Source: an uncultured Candidatus Saccharibacteria bacterium
GTDB lineage: Bacteria; Patescibacteriota; Saccharimonadia; Saccharimonadales; Saccharimonadaceae
Direction of reading: 5' to 3'
Length of the DNA stretch: 64,000 nucleotides
Assembly (NCBI GenBank): GCA_947425085.1
Contig: CANDYV010000001.1
Coordinates: 11,253 to 75,252 of the forward strand
Shown here: in pieces, positions 10,377 to 20,096 of the stretch
Numbering within the stretch: position 1 is the first letter of the stretch
How the letters are laid out: each line of letters starts with the position of its first letter
Made by a program: the position numbers and the translations under genes
Notes under the pieces: generated by a model
The model's database searches: none
Told to the model about the DNA's origin: nothing
The model's input: the letters and a program-made list of their open reading frames with translations, nothing else

Positions 10377-10466
10377 AAGCCTGTGTCTCGGAGGTGATTA
10401 TGTCTGCCATAAAGTATATTTTTATGGCGACTAACTCCCGCCGAGTGTATAAGTAAAATCTCAGGC
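10377..10466 (+). promoter_or_regulatory. Structured fusA 5' leader containing an SD-led 18-codon uORF (10400-10456)
   Basis: Nested pairings gcctg/caggc, ctcgg/ccgag and gccataaa/tttatggc. GGAGGTGA precedes ATG 10400 ([18 protein letters not shown]). Confidence 0.45.
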
Positions 10467-10493
10467 AACAATAATAACATAAGGAAAACTTTC

Positions 10494-12593
10494 ATGGCAA
10501 GCGAAGTCACAGACCTATCAAAGCTCCGCAATATCGGGATTATTGCCCATATCGACGCGGGTAAAACCACTACGACCGAAGCGATCCTCTATCGCACCGG
10601 TCTCAAGCACAAAATCGACCTAGTCAAGGGCGGCACCGGTGGTGCTACGACCGACTGGATGGAACAGGAGAAGGAGCGTGGTATCACGATTACTTCCGCC
10701 GCCGTTACTGCTTATTGGAAAGGTCACAAGATCAACATTATTGATACCCCAGGCCACATCGACTTTACCGCTGAGGTCGAGCGTTCACTTCGCGTGCTCG
10801 ACGGTGCAGTTGTCGTCTTCGATGGTAAGATGGGTGTCGAGGCTCAGTCCGAGACTGTTTGGCGCCAGGCGACCAAATACGGCGTCCCTCGCATCTGCTT
10901 CGTCAACAAGATTAACCAAATCGGTGGCGACTTCTACAAATCCCTCGACAGCATTCACAAGCGTCTCTCGAAGAACGCTGTTGCCGTTCACTTGCCAATC
11001 GGTTTCGAGAAAGACATCTGCGGTGTCGTCGACCTTATTGACATGAAGGCTTACACCTACAAAGATTACGCCGATCATGAGTTGACTGTTGGCGATATTC
11101 CTGCTGATATGCTCGAGAAGGCCAAGAATGCCCGCTCTCTCCTCGTCGAGGAAGCCGTCCAGGCTGACGAAGCCCTCATGGAAAAGTTCTTCAACCAAGG
11201 CGAAGAGGCAATTTCTGAAGTTGAGTTGAAGGCTGCTCTTCGCAAGCGCGTGCTTGATGGCGACTTCTTCCTCGTCACCGGTGGTGATGGCCGCGGCGTG
11301 ATCGTCGAGAAAGTTCTCGATCTCGTTGCTGACTATTTGCCGTCTCCGCTCGATCGTGATCAAGGTCAGACTGTCGGCATTGACCCGAAGACTGGTAACC
11401 AGGTCATCCGCAAGGCTGACAATAGCGAGCCTTTGACTGCTCTCGCCTTCAAAATCGCAACCGATCCATTCGTCGGTAAACTCATCTTCGTCCGCGTCTA
11501 TGCCGGTAAAATGACTTCCGGTAGCACCGTTTTGAACGCTACGACTGGCGACAAAGAGCGCATCGGTCGCCTCGTCCGGATGTTCGCTGATAAGCGTGAA
11601 GAAATCTCCGAAATCACCGCTGGTGATATCGCCGCCGTGGTTGGCATGAAGGAAGTCACGACTGGCACGACTATTTGCGACCCAGCTCATCCAATCCACC
11701 TCGAAGACATCACCTTCCCAGATCCTCCAGTATCTATCGCTGTTGAGCCAAAGACTAAATCCGATCAGGAAAAAATGGGCCTCGGCCTCCAGAAGCTCGT
11801 CGAAGAAGATCCGACCCTCCGCGTCCACACCGACGAAGAGACTGGTCAGACTATCATCTCCGGCATGGGTGAGCTTCACCTCGAAATCGCGATCGACCGT
11901 CTCCAGAAAGAGCATGGTGTCGAAGCGAACACCGGTGCGCCGCAGGTCGCTTATCGCGAAACTATTCGCGGCACCGCTGAAGCACAGGGTAAGCACATCA
12001 AGCAGTCCGGTGGTCGTGGTCAGTATGGTGACGTTTGGGTTAAGTTTGAACCGAACGAGCCAGGCAAAGGCTTCGAGTTCATCGACCAGATTAAGGGTGG
12101 CGTGGTTCCTCAGGAATACCGCAAGCCAGTCCAGCAGGGTATCGAAGAAACCTTGAATGGCGGCGTTATCGCCGGCTACCCAGTCGTCGACGTGAAGGCA
12201 ACCCTCTACGATGGTTCTTACCACGATGTCGACTCCTCCGAGCTCGCCTTCAAACTCGCCGGTTCTCTCGCGACTCGCGCTGGTATCCAGAAAGCGAACC
12301 CAGTCCTTCTTGAGCCAATCATGAAGATCGAAATCACCACTCCGGAAGAGTTCATGGGCGACGTTATCGGCGACATCAACTCTCGCCGTGGCCGCATCGA
12401 CAGTATGGAAGACTTGAACGGCGGCGCCAAGCTCATCAAGGCTTTCGCTCCGCTAGCCAATCTCTTCGGCTATACTTCCGACCTTCGCTCAATGTCGCAA
12501 GGTCGTGCCGCTAGCTCCATGGAGCTCTTCGGCTACGAGGAAGTTCCACCCAACGTGGCGAACGAAATCATCGAGAAACGCAGCACAAAATAA
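10494..12593 (+). CDS. fusA: Elongation factor G
   Basis: [28 protein letters not shown] and [13 protein letters not shown]4 is the variant NKIN. Confidence 0.97.
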   Translation: MASEVTDLSKLRNIGIIAHIDAGKTTTTEAILYRTGLKHKIDLVKGGTGGATTDWMEQEKERGITITSAAVTAYWKGHKINIIDTPGHIDFTAEVERSLRVLDGAVVVFDGKMGVEAQSETVWRQATKYGVPRICFVNKINQIGGDFYKSLDSIHKRLSKNAVAVHLPIGFEKDICGVVDLIDMKAYTYKDYADHELTVGDIPADMLEKAKNARSLLVEEAVQADEALMEKFFNQGEEAISEVELKAALRKRVLDGDFFLVTGGDGRGVIVEKVLDLVADYLPSPLDRDQGQTVGIDPKTGNQVIRKADNSEPLTALAFKIATDPFVGKLIFVRVYAGKMTSGSTVLNATTGDKERIGRLVRMFADKREEISEITAGDIAAVVGMKEVTTGTTICDPAHPIHLEDITFPDPPVSIAVEPKTKSDQEKMGLGLQKLVEEDPTLRVHTDEETGQTIISGMGELHLEIAIDRLQKEHGVEANTGAPQVAYRETIRGTAEAQGKHIKQSGGRGQYGDVWVKFEPNEPGKGFEFIDQIKGGVVPQEYRKPVQQGIEETLNGGVIAGYPVVDVKATLYDGSYHDVDSSELAFKLAGSLATRAGIQKANPVLLEPIMKIEITTPEEFMGDVIGDINSRRGRIDSMEDLNGGAKLIKAFAPLANLFGYTSDLRSMSQGRAASSMELFGYEEVPPNVANEIIEKRSTK

Positions 12594-12603
12594 CAACTTA
12601 CGG

Positions 12604-12636
12604 AAAGTCCCCAATATACGGGGACTTTTCTGTTTT
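12604..12636 (+). terminator. Rho-independent terminator after fusA
   Basis: Stem aaagtcccc/ggggacttt with a T-rich tail. Confidence 0.85.
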
Positions 12637-12656
12637 CCTGACGAGTAGGATTATTT

Positions 12657-13109
12657 ATGAAAAAGGTAAAACTTATTGTTGCGGTTATTTTCATAGCCCT
12701 CCTTGTGGCGCTAGCTATCTTTCTAAGTCTACCTTCTCGGGAGCAAGCTAAATTTATTCCGCACTTTGACGTTCCCGAAGAATTCGTTGCCGTCCGCGAC
12801 TATACTGCCGAGGAAAAACGCACAATTGGCATATATGGCTATATCTCTTCGGATAACGAACCTTACGCCGTTGGCATTAACCAATATGATAAACCGGTTT
12901 TCAAGGATCCGAATCAAGCACTCGCCGCTCTATATATGGATTATGCTGACGCTATTGACTACATGGGAAGTTCGGTCGGCAACCTATTTAGTGGACTCAA
13001 TAATCAAACCGCTATCCTTAACACTGAAACCGACGATCCAATTTTGCGTGATCGTATTAGATTCGTGATTGAGTTCCTACTGATTTTTAATAACAGTTTC
13101 CACGAATAA
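12657..13109 (+). CDS. Hypothetical exported/membrane-anchored protein
   Basis: MKKVK followed by a hydrophobic helix. AT-richer than its flanks; SD agga. Confidence 0.7.
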   Translation: MKKVKLIVAVIFIALLVALAIFLSLPSREQAKFIPHFDVPEEFVAVRDYTAEEKRTIGIYGYISSDNEPYAVGINQYDKPVFKDPNQALAALYMDYADAIDYMGSSVGNLFSGLNNQTAILNTETDDPILRDRIRFVIEFLLIFNNSFHE

Positions 13110-13125
13110 TATATAATATACTCAT

Positions 13126-13908
13126 ATGTCGACTAAGATTTATATCATCGAAGACGAACCAGTCATGCGCCAAAGTCTCGCCGACCTTCTCGCGGGCTCC
13201 GGCTATGAAACCGACGCTCTAGTTTTTGAAGAGCGATCTACACCCCGCGAACTTGATCAACCTACACTTCATAACCCTGAGCAGTCTGCGCCCCGCGAGC
13301 TTGAACGGTCTGCGCCTTTTGATCTCGAGACTATCGTCGAACAAATCCTCGCGGCGAAGCCTGATTTGCTTCTGCTCGACATCAATCTCCCAGGCTTAAA
13401 CGGCGAACAACTCCTGAAAACCCTGCGCCAGACTTCCGAACTCCCCGTAATCATGGTGACGAGCAGCAGCTCCGAAATGGACGAAGTTCTCTCTATGAGT
13501 TATGGCGCCGATGATTACATCACGAAGCCTTATAGTCCGCAAGTTTTACTCCTCCGAATCGCCGCCGTCCTGAAGCGCGTCGAAGCCCCCAGCAGTATTA
13601 AAAACTTTCGCCACCTAAACATCGATCTTGCTCGCGGCGTGATTTCTGGAGAGAAAGACCCGAGAACTGGCAAGCCGCGTCGCGCCTTGCTTACGAAGAA
13701 TGAAATGATTATCTTGAGCCATCTCCTCGAAGCAAAAGGCGAAATTGTCACTCGCGACGCTCTCATGACCGACCTCTGGAACAACCAAGAATACATCAAC
13801 GACAACGCCCTGACCGTCAACACCAGCCGCCTTCGTTCGAAACTTAAATCTCTTGGCGCCGACGACGCTATTGAAACTCGCAAAGGCCTCGGCTATGTCC
13901 TCGCCTAA
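13126..13908 (+). CDS. OmpR-family response regulator (BceR/GraR-like)
   Basis: IEDE, LLDINLP, GADDYITKP, DNALTVNTSRLRSKL and TRKGLGY. Has a repeat insertion in the receiver domain. Confidence 0.92.
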   Translation: MSTKIYIIEDEPVMRQSLADLLAGSGYETDALVFEERSTPRELDQPTLHNPEQSAPRELERSAPFDLETIVEQILAAKPDLLLLDINLPGLNGEQLLKTLRQTSELPVIMVTSSSSEMDEVLSMSYGADDYITKPYSPQVLLLRIAAVLKRVEAPSSIKNFRHLNIDLARGVISGEKDPRTGKPRRALLTKNEMIILSHLLEAKGEIVTRDALMTDLWNNQEYINDNALTVNTSRLRSKLKSLGADDAIETRKGLGYVLA

Positions 13909-15082
13909 CCCGACCGCCGACCGCCGCGACAACCCCGCCAATCTCCGCCACTTTCTCCGCGAGAAGCTCTATTACTTTATACTTTTCTTCGTCCTTCTAG
14001 CCTGCCTACTACTTTTTCTGCTCGCCCTCCATGCCCGCGCCGAAATCATTATCATTACCGTAATCTTCTTCGCGCTTTTTGGCATCACTGTCCCGGTTTC
14101 CGAATATCTCCGCCGCCGCACCTTTTATCAAAAACTCCTCCAAAACATTGCCAGCCTCGACCGCGCCTACCTCGTCCTCGAGACCCTTGCTAGGCCGAAC
14201 TTCTATGACGGCGCCGTCCTCTACGAAGCGCTCTACGCTATCAACAAATCCATGGCCGAAGTCGTTCAGAGCTATGAAATCGAAGCCGACGAGTTTCGTG
14301 ACTATATCGAAATGTGGATTCACGAAGTTAAAACTCCCCTCGCCACTTTGAGTCTCATGAATAAAGATCGCAAAATTGCCGCCCAGCTTAGTCGTCTTGA
14401 CAGTTACGTCGAACAAGTTCTCTATTTCGCTCGCGCCGAAAACGCCGAGCACGATTATCTCATTAAGTCGACTTCGCTCGCCGAAATTATCAAAAATGTC
14501 GCCACTCGTAACCGTGACCTTCTCCTCGCCAGTAACGTCGACTTTGCCGTGAGCAACCTGGACCATGAAGTTTTTACCGATAGCAAATGGCTTGAGTTTA
14601 TCATCAACCAGATCCTTCAAAATAGCGTTAAATACCAGAGCAAAACTATTACCATTTCCGCCAAAGACACCGCAGAAAGAACTGTCCTCACGATTACCGA
14701 TGATGGTCTTGGCATTTCCGCGAAAGATCTCCCGCGCGTCTTCGAAAAATCCTTCACCGGCGAGAACGGCCACGGTACTACATCTGCCGCGAACAGTCGA
14801 ATCAGCCGCAACTCATTGCCAAGTAGCGGCCAAAAGTCGACTGGTATGGGTCTCTATATCGCGAAAACCCTCTGCGACAAGCTCGGTCACCAAATCGAAA
14901 TCTCCTCACCAAACCAAAAGGGCACCATCGTCGAAATCACTTTTCCGCGCCACGATTACTATACTATCATGCGCCCAGAAACCCCCGGAAACCCAGAGAA
15001 GTCCGCCCGTTCAGAAAACCATACTCCACCCAGCAAAAATCATACTCCGGCACCGCCAAATCATACTCTTTCAAAAAAGTAA
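13895..15082 (+). CDS. Intramembrane-sensing histidine kinase (BceS/GraS-like)
   Basis: Start re-called at ATG 13895. Two closely spaced TMs, WIHEVKTP H-box, DSKWLEFIINQILQNSVKY and STGMGLY. Confidence 0.92.
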   Translation: MSSPNPTADRRDNPANLRHFLREKLYYFILFFVLLACLLLFLLALHARAEIIIITVIFFALFGITVPVSEYLRRRTFYQKLLQNIASLDRAYLVLETLARPNFYDGAVLYEALYAINKSMAEVVQSYEIEADEFRDYIEMWIHEVKTPLATLSLMNKDRKIAAQLSRLDSYVEQVLYFARAENAEHDYLIKSTSLAEIIKNVATRNRDLLLASNVDFAVSNLDHEVFTDSKWLEFIINQILQNSVKYQSKTITISAKDTAERTVLTITDDGLGISAKDLPRVFEKSFTGENGHGTTSAANSRISRNSLPSSGQKSTGMGLYIAKTLCDKLGHQIEISSPNQKGTIVEITFPRHDYYTIMRPETPGNPEKSARSENHTPPSKNHTPAPPNHTLSKK

Positions 15083-15212
15083 GTTTTCTGAAACCTTGAG
15101 CAAACGACAAAACTTCCAGAGTAAACTATAATCAAGCCAAGACAAACTAAAACCGTCGCCGACAAAAGCCAAAAGTTAAGGCGACGACCCCCCAAAGAAC
15201 ATAAGGAGAAGC

Positions 15213-15980
15213 ATGAAAACTATTCTCGAGCTAGAAAAAGTCGAAAAGTATTATGGCAACAAGTCTTCGCTCACGAAGGCTATCAATAATATTTCCTTCA
15301 AAGTGAACGAAGGCGAGTTTGTGGCGATTATGGGCGCCAGCGGCTCCGGCAAGACCACTTTACTCAATATCATCTCAACCATTGACCGCGTTACTGCCGG
15401 CCACATCTACGTCGACGGCGACGACATCACGTCCCTCAAAGGCGAAGAACTCAACGAATTCCGTCGCGAAAAGCTCGGCTTCATTTTCCAGGACTTCAAT
15501 CTCCTCGATTCGCTCACGGCTTACGAGAATATCGCTCTCGCGCTTTCGATTCAAAACTTCGCACCCAGCGAGATTGATGACCGCGTCAAAAAGGTCGCTA
15601 GGGAACTAAATATCACTGATGTTCTCAGTAAATACCCCTATCAAATGTCCGGTGGTCAGAAGCAACGCGTCGCCTCCGCTCGCGCCATCATCACCGACCC
15701 GAAGCTCGTCCTCGCCGACGAGCCGACTGGCGCGCTCGACTCGAAATCCTCGAAAATGCTTCTCGAACAGTTTGAGCGTCTGAACCAAAAGTTCCAGACC
15801 ACGATTCTTATGGTCACGCACGACGCCTTCGCCGCGTCCTACGCGAACCGGGTCATTTTCATCAAAGATGGCAAAGTTTTCAATGAACTTTTGAAGGGTG
15901 ACGACTCGCGCAAAGATTTCTTCGACGCGATTATCGATGTTATCACTTTGCTCGGTGGCGACGCCAGCGACGTCTTGTAA
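15213..15980 (+). CDS. ABC transporter ATP-binding protein (BceA-like)
   Basis: GASGSGKTT, MSGGQKQR, ADEPTGALDS and VTHDAFAASYA; SD aggag. Confidence 0.93.
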   Translation: MKTILELEKVEKYYGNKSSLTKAINNISFKVNEGEFVAIMGASGSGKTTLLNIISTIDRVTAGHIYVDGDDITSLKGEELNEFRREKLGFIFQDFNLLDSLTAYENIALALSIQNFAPSEIDDRVKKVARELNITDVLSKYPYQMSGGQKQRVASARAIITDPKLVLADEPTGALDSKSSKMLLEQFERLNQKFQTTILMVTHDAFAASYANRVIFIKDGKVFNELLKGDDSRKDFFDAIIDVITLLGGDASDVL

Positions 15981-16016
15981 ACGACCATAAACCGCAATTA
16001 CAGAAAGGAATTAGCT

Positions 16017-18101
16017 ATGTTTACAAAACTCGCCCTCAAAAACATTCGCCGCAGCATTAAAGATTATGCAATTTACTTCTTCACACTCGTGCTAGGCGTC
16101 GCAATCTTCTATGTTTTTAACTCGCTCGAAAGCCAATCCGTCATGCTCGACGTCACCGAGCGCGTCAAAGACATGCTGAAACTTATGAACGTCATTCTTG
16201 GCGTTGTCAGCGTCTTCGTCTCCGTGATTCTCGGCGCGCTGATCATCTACGCTTCGCGCTTCCTGATCAAGCGTCGCAGCAAGGAGTTCGGGCTCTATAT
16301 GACCCTCGGCATGGGCAAACGCAAAATCTCCCGCCTCTTGCTCATCGAGACTTTCTTGATCGGCGTCCTCTCGCTAGTCGCAGGTCTTGCGCTTGGTATC
16401 ATCGCCTCGCAGTTCACCAGCGTCCTCGTCGCTAATATGTTCGACGCCGACCTGACTAACTTCCAATTCGTCTTCTCCGGCGCCGCCTGTCTGAAAACCC
16501 TCATCTACTTCGGCGTCATCTATCTCGCCGTCATGATTTTCAATGTCATCATTATCGGCCGCCAGAAACTCATCAACCTGCTTTCTAGCAACCGTCGCAA
16601 TGAAAAAGTCGCCCTGAAGAACCCCTGGGTCTGCACCGTTGTCTTCATTATCGCCTCCGTCATGCTCGGCTATTCCTACTATCTCGTCACCGCCGGTCTC
16701 AACACCCTTATCGAAAACGCCGACGTCCAAATCCTCCTTGTCCCGATCGCCATTGGCGTCGCCGCCACCTTCCTCCTCTTCTGGTCGCTTTCGGGCCTAC
16801 TTCTCCGAATTGTCATGAGCTTCAAGAAAGTCTACTATAGCAAGCTAAACTCGTTCATCCTTCGTCAATTTGGCAGCAAGATTAACACTACTGTCGTCTC
16901 CATGAGCCTCATCTGCCTTATGCTCTTCACGACGATTTGTATCCTCGGCTCCGCCCTCTCTATCAACCACACGATGCACGAAACCGCCGAAAAACTAATG
17001 CCCGTCGACATCCAGGTTGTCGGCATCGGCGAAGACCCAGTTGCTATTCCGGAAATCTACCAACGCGAGAACGTCATTCTGTCCGACTGGCTCGAAGATA
17101 TCACGACCTACGAAACTTATCGCCTCGACAGCGTCATTCTCGGCGACGTTATTGGCTCGGTTAGCGGCGTAAATGAAGGTGCTGGAGATGTGACGATCAT
17201 GGGTTCTTATGACGTCTCCGAACGCTTCATTCATCAAAGCGACTATAATCGCGCCGCGAAAGTTTTCGGTCATCCCGAAGTTAATCTTGCAGACGGCGAG
17301 TATGCTATGATTGCCGACTTCAAACCTGTGCTCGAACTTCGCAACCAAGCCATGAAAGATGGCAAAAAAATTACGGTTGCCGGCAAAACCCTCTCGCCAA
17401 ACTCCGATCAATGTATCGTCGGCGGCATCGAACTCCAAGTTTCGACTCTCAACGAGGGAATTATCATCGTGCCGGATAGTGTTAACCTCGCCGCCGAAGC
17501 TGAATCGCGCCGTGAAGTCCTCCTCGCGAACTACAAAACCGACGTCGATCCCGAGGCCGCCGAGCGCATCCTCTACGGTGTCAACAACCGTTTCTATAGC
17601 GACGACGAGCCTGACGAAGAAAGCGCGGTCTATAATTATAACGGCAGCAACCGCGGCATCTATTACTTTGATGTCGAGTCGCGCCAGGACCTCATCGATA
17701 ATAATGTCGGCACTTCCGCTCTCGTCACCTTCGTCGGGCTTTATCTCGGCATCATCTTCCTCATCTCCAGCGCCGCCGTCCTCGCCCTCAAGGAACTTTC
17801 CGAAAGCAGCGACAACCGCGCGAAATACACCGTTCTCCGCAAAATCGGCGCCAGCGAAAAGATGCTAAACCGCGCACTCTTCTGGCAGATTTTCATCTTC
17901 TTCCTTTTCCCGCTCCTCATCGCAATTCTCCACGCTGTCTTTGGCCTTCAATTCTGTGACGTCGTTTTGATTAGCCTCGGCGGTATCGACATCACCAGCG
18001 CCCTGCCCGCCGTTGCCATCATCCTCGGCGCCATCTATGGCGGCTACTTCCTCATCACCTACCTTTGCAGCAAAAACATTATTAGAGACCAACGAAACTA
18101 A
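16017..18101 (+). CDS. ABC transporter permease (BceB/FtsX-like) with large extracellular domain
   Basis: KLALKNIRRSIKDYAIYF, RRSKEFGLYMTLGM, about 10 TMs, LRKIGAS. Confidence 0.92.
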   Translation: MFTKLALKNIRRSIKDYAIYFFTLVLGVAIFYVFNSLESQSVMLDVTERVKDMLKLMNVILGVVSVFVSVILGALIIYASRFLIKRRSKEFGLYMTLGMGKRKISRLLLIETFLIGVLSLVAGLALGIIASQFTSVLVANMFDADLTNFQFVFSGAACLKTLIYFGVIYLAVMIFNVIIIGRQKLINLLSSNRRNEKVALKNPWVCTVVFIIASVMLGYSYYLVTAGLNTLIENADVQILLVPIAIGVAATFLLFWSLSGLLLRIVMSFKKVYYSKLNSFILRQFGSKINTTVVSMSLICLMLFTTICILGSALSINHTMHETAEKLMPVDIQVVGIGEDPVAIPEIYQRENVILSDWLEDITTYETYRLDSVILGDVIGSVSGVNEGAGDVTIMGSYDVSERFIHQSDYNRAAKVFGHPEVNLADGEYAMIADFKPVLELRNQAMKDGKKITVAGKTLSPNSDQCIVGGIELQVSTLNEGIIIVPDSVNLAAEAESRREVLLANYKTDVDPEAAERILYGVNNRFYSDDEPDEESAVYNYNGSNRGIYYFDVESRQDLIDNNVGTSALVTFVGLYLGIIFLISSAAVLALKELSESSDNRAKYTVLRKIGASEKMLNRALFWQIFIFFLFPLLIAILHAVFGLQFCDVVLISLGGIDITSALPAVAIILGAIYGGYFLITYLCSKNIIRDQRN

Positions 18102-18121
18102 TATGTGCTATAATAGCACAT

Positions 18122-19306
18122 ATGAAGCTTACGCTAATCGGCTTATTGCTTATCAATCTCGGCTTACTTGTGATTTTGATTGCCCGAAAGCCCGTCGCTC
18201 GTGTCGATACAACGAAGCTTGAAGAACGCCTTATTCGAGTCGAAGGCCAACTCGATAAACTCACCCCAAAAATTGAAGATGCCTTCCGCGAAAACCGCCG
18301 CGAGATTACGACGAACTTACAGGACAGCCGCAAAGAACTTTCCGACAACTTACAACTTATCCAGAAAACTGTCGACACTCGCGTCAAAAGCCTCCAGGAC
18401 GACAACTCGAAAAAGTTGGAGGAAATGCGCCTCACGGTTGACGAAAAGCTACAAAAGTCCGTCGAGGAACGCTTCAATAATAGTTTCAAGCATATCTCCG
18501 GTCAGCTCACCCAGGTTTATCAAGGCCTGGGTGAAATGCGTAATCTTGCGCACGGCGTCGGCGACTTGAAGAAAGTCATGGAAGGCGTCAAAACTCGCGG
18601 GATTTATGGCGAAGTTCAGCTCGGCAACATTATTTCCGATAGTTTGACCAAAGATCAATATCTTGAGAATACCCTAACGAAAGCCGGCAGCAATGACCGG
18701 GTTGAGTTCGCGATTAAAATGCCCGGCCAAGGCGAGAACCAAGTCCTTTTGCCGATTGACTCAAAGTTCCCAGTCGAGAATTACGCTCGGCTTATCGAGG
18801 CTTATGATCGTGGTGACAAAGCCGAAATCGAGGCTCTGCGCAAAGCCCTCGCGACCGACGTCAAGGAACAAGCCAAGAAAATCGCCACCAAATACCTCGA
18901 TCCTCCTGCGACGACCGATTTTGGCGTCATGTTTGTCCCGACCGAAAGTCTCTACGCCGAGATTCTCCGCATTCCGGGGCTTTTCGATGAGGTTCGTCAG
19001 AAGCTGAACGTTACGATTTGCTCGCCCTCGACCTTGCCGGTGATTCTTTCCGGTCTCACCATGGGCTTCCGCACGGTTGCGATCGAAAAGCGCTCCGCCG
19101 AAGTCTGGCAAACCCTCGGTGCCGTCAAAACTCAATTCTCAAAATTTGGCGATTTGCTCGATGCGACCAAGAAAAAACTCCAAGAAACCGTCAACAAAAT
19201 CGATTCTGCTTCTACCACTTCTCGTCAAATTGAGCGCAAGTTGAAATCTGTCGAGACTTTGCCGGAAGCCGAAAGCGTTAAAATGATTGGAGATATTGAG
19301 GTTTAA
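18122..19306 (+). CDS. rmuC: DNA recombination protein RmuC
   Basis: N-terminal TM, coiled coil, KTRGIYGEVQL, LPIDSKFP and MFVPTESLYAE. Confidence 0.93.
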   Translation: MKLTLIGLLLINLGLLVILIARKPVARVDTTKLEERLIRVEGQLDKLTPKIEDAFRENRREITTNLQDSRKELSDNLQLIQKTVDTRVKSLQDDNSKKLEEMRLTVDEKLQKSVEERFNNSFKHISGQLTQVYQGLGEMRNLAHGVGDLKKVMEGVKTRGIYGEVQLGNIISDSLTKDQYLENTLTKAGSNDRVEFAIKMPGQGENQVLLPIDSKFPVENYARLIEAYDRGDKAEIEALRKALATDVKEQAKKIATKYLDPPATTDFGVMFVPTESLYAEILRIPGLFDEVRQKLNVTICSPSTLPVILSGLTMGFRTVAIEKRSAEVWQTLGAVKTQFSKFGDLLDATKKKLQETVNKIDSASTTSRQIERKLKSVETLPEAESVKMIGDIEV

Positions 19307-19307
19307 T

Positions 19308-20081
19308 ATGGAGACTTTTTCCGAGCACAGCCCCGCTACCTGGTTTTTACTTTTTCTGACTTATTCCTGTGCTGGCTGGGCTATGGAGCTTGTCGTCACT
19401 TTGCTCCAAAAAGGTCGCCTGACCAATCGAGGCTTCTTCATCGGCCCGATTTGCCCGATTTATGGTGTTGGCGCGCTCGTCGGAACTCTGGCCATCGGCC
19501 ACGTCGAGAATCTTATCGCGATTTTCTGCGTTTCCGTCGTAGGTGCAGCGCTCCTCGAATACATGACTAGTTTTCTCATGGAAAAAATCTTCCGCGTGCG
19601 CTGGTGGGATTATTCCGACCAGCCTTTTAATATCAACGGTCGCATCTGTCTCGGTGCTTTGCTCGGTTTCGGCGTTGCTGGTGTTCTGATCGTCCGCGTT
19701 TTTAATCCGCTTCTTTTTGCCGCTTTCGATAGCGTTAACCCGGAGCTTCTCAATATCATCGCTCTTATTCTTGCCTTCCTTTTCGTTGTCGATGTTGTTT
19801 GCTCGCTAATTTTGATTTTCGGTTTCCGCGTCACCGTCGGCACCGTCGAGCGCGACGCTACCGAAGAAATCTCCGAGCGCGTCCACGCAATCATTATGGA
19901 GAAAGGCCGCCTCAGTCGCCGTATCGCCAAGGCCTTCCCGAACTACGAACCGAAGAAATCCACTCGCCGCAAAACCTCCCATAAATCTGCCAAAACCTCT
20001 CGCAAAACTACTTCAAAGTCTACTAAAACAACTTCAAAATCCGCCAAGTCTTCCTCGAAGTCGACAAAACCCCGAAGGTAG
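19308..20081 (+). CDS. Putative ABC transporter permease (DUF1113-like membrane protein) with basic K/S/T-rich tail
   Basis: NRGFFIGPICPIYG and WWDYSDQPFNINGRICL. ATG 19308 follows a gaggt SD. Confidence 0.82.
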   Translation: METFSEHSPATWFLLFLTYSCAGWAMELVVTLLQKGRLTNRGFFIGPICPIYGVGALVGTLAIGHVENLIAIFCVSVVGAALLEYMTSFLMEKIFRVRWWDYSDQPFNINGRICLGALLGFGVAGVLIVRVFNPLLFAAFDSVNPELLNIIALILAFLFVVDVVCSLILIFGFRVTVGTVERDATEEISERVHAIIMEKGRLSRRIAKAFPNYEPKKSTRRKTSHKSAKTSRKTTSKSTKTTSKSAKSSSKSTKPRR

Positions 20082-20096
20082 CATATAATAATATAT

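Noticed and set aside
10785-12224. 479-aa minus-strand ORF, and similar long antisense ORFs (28874-29959, 14009-14773, 63067-63987)
   Set aside because: These are shadow frames of real + strand genes, caused by NNC/NNT codon bias, with no recognisable motifs.
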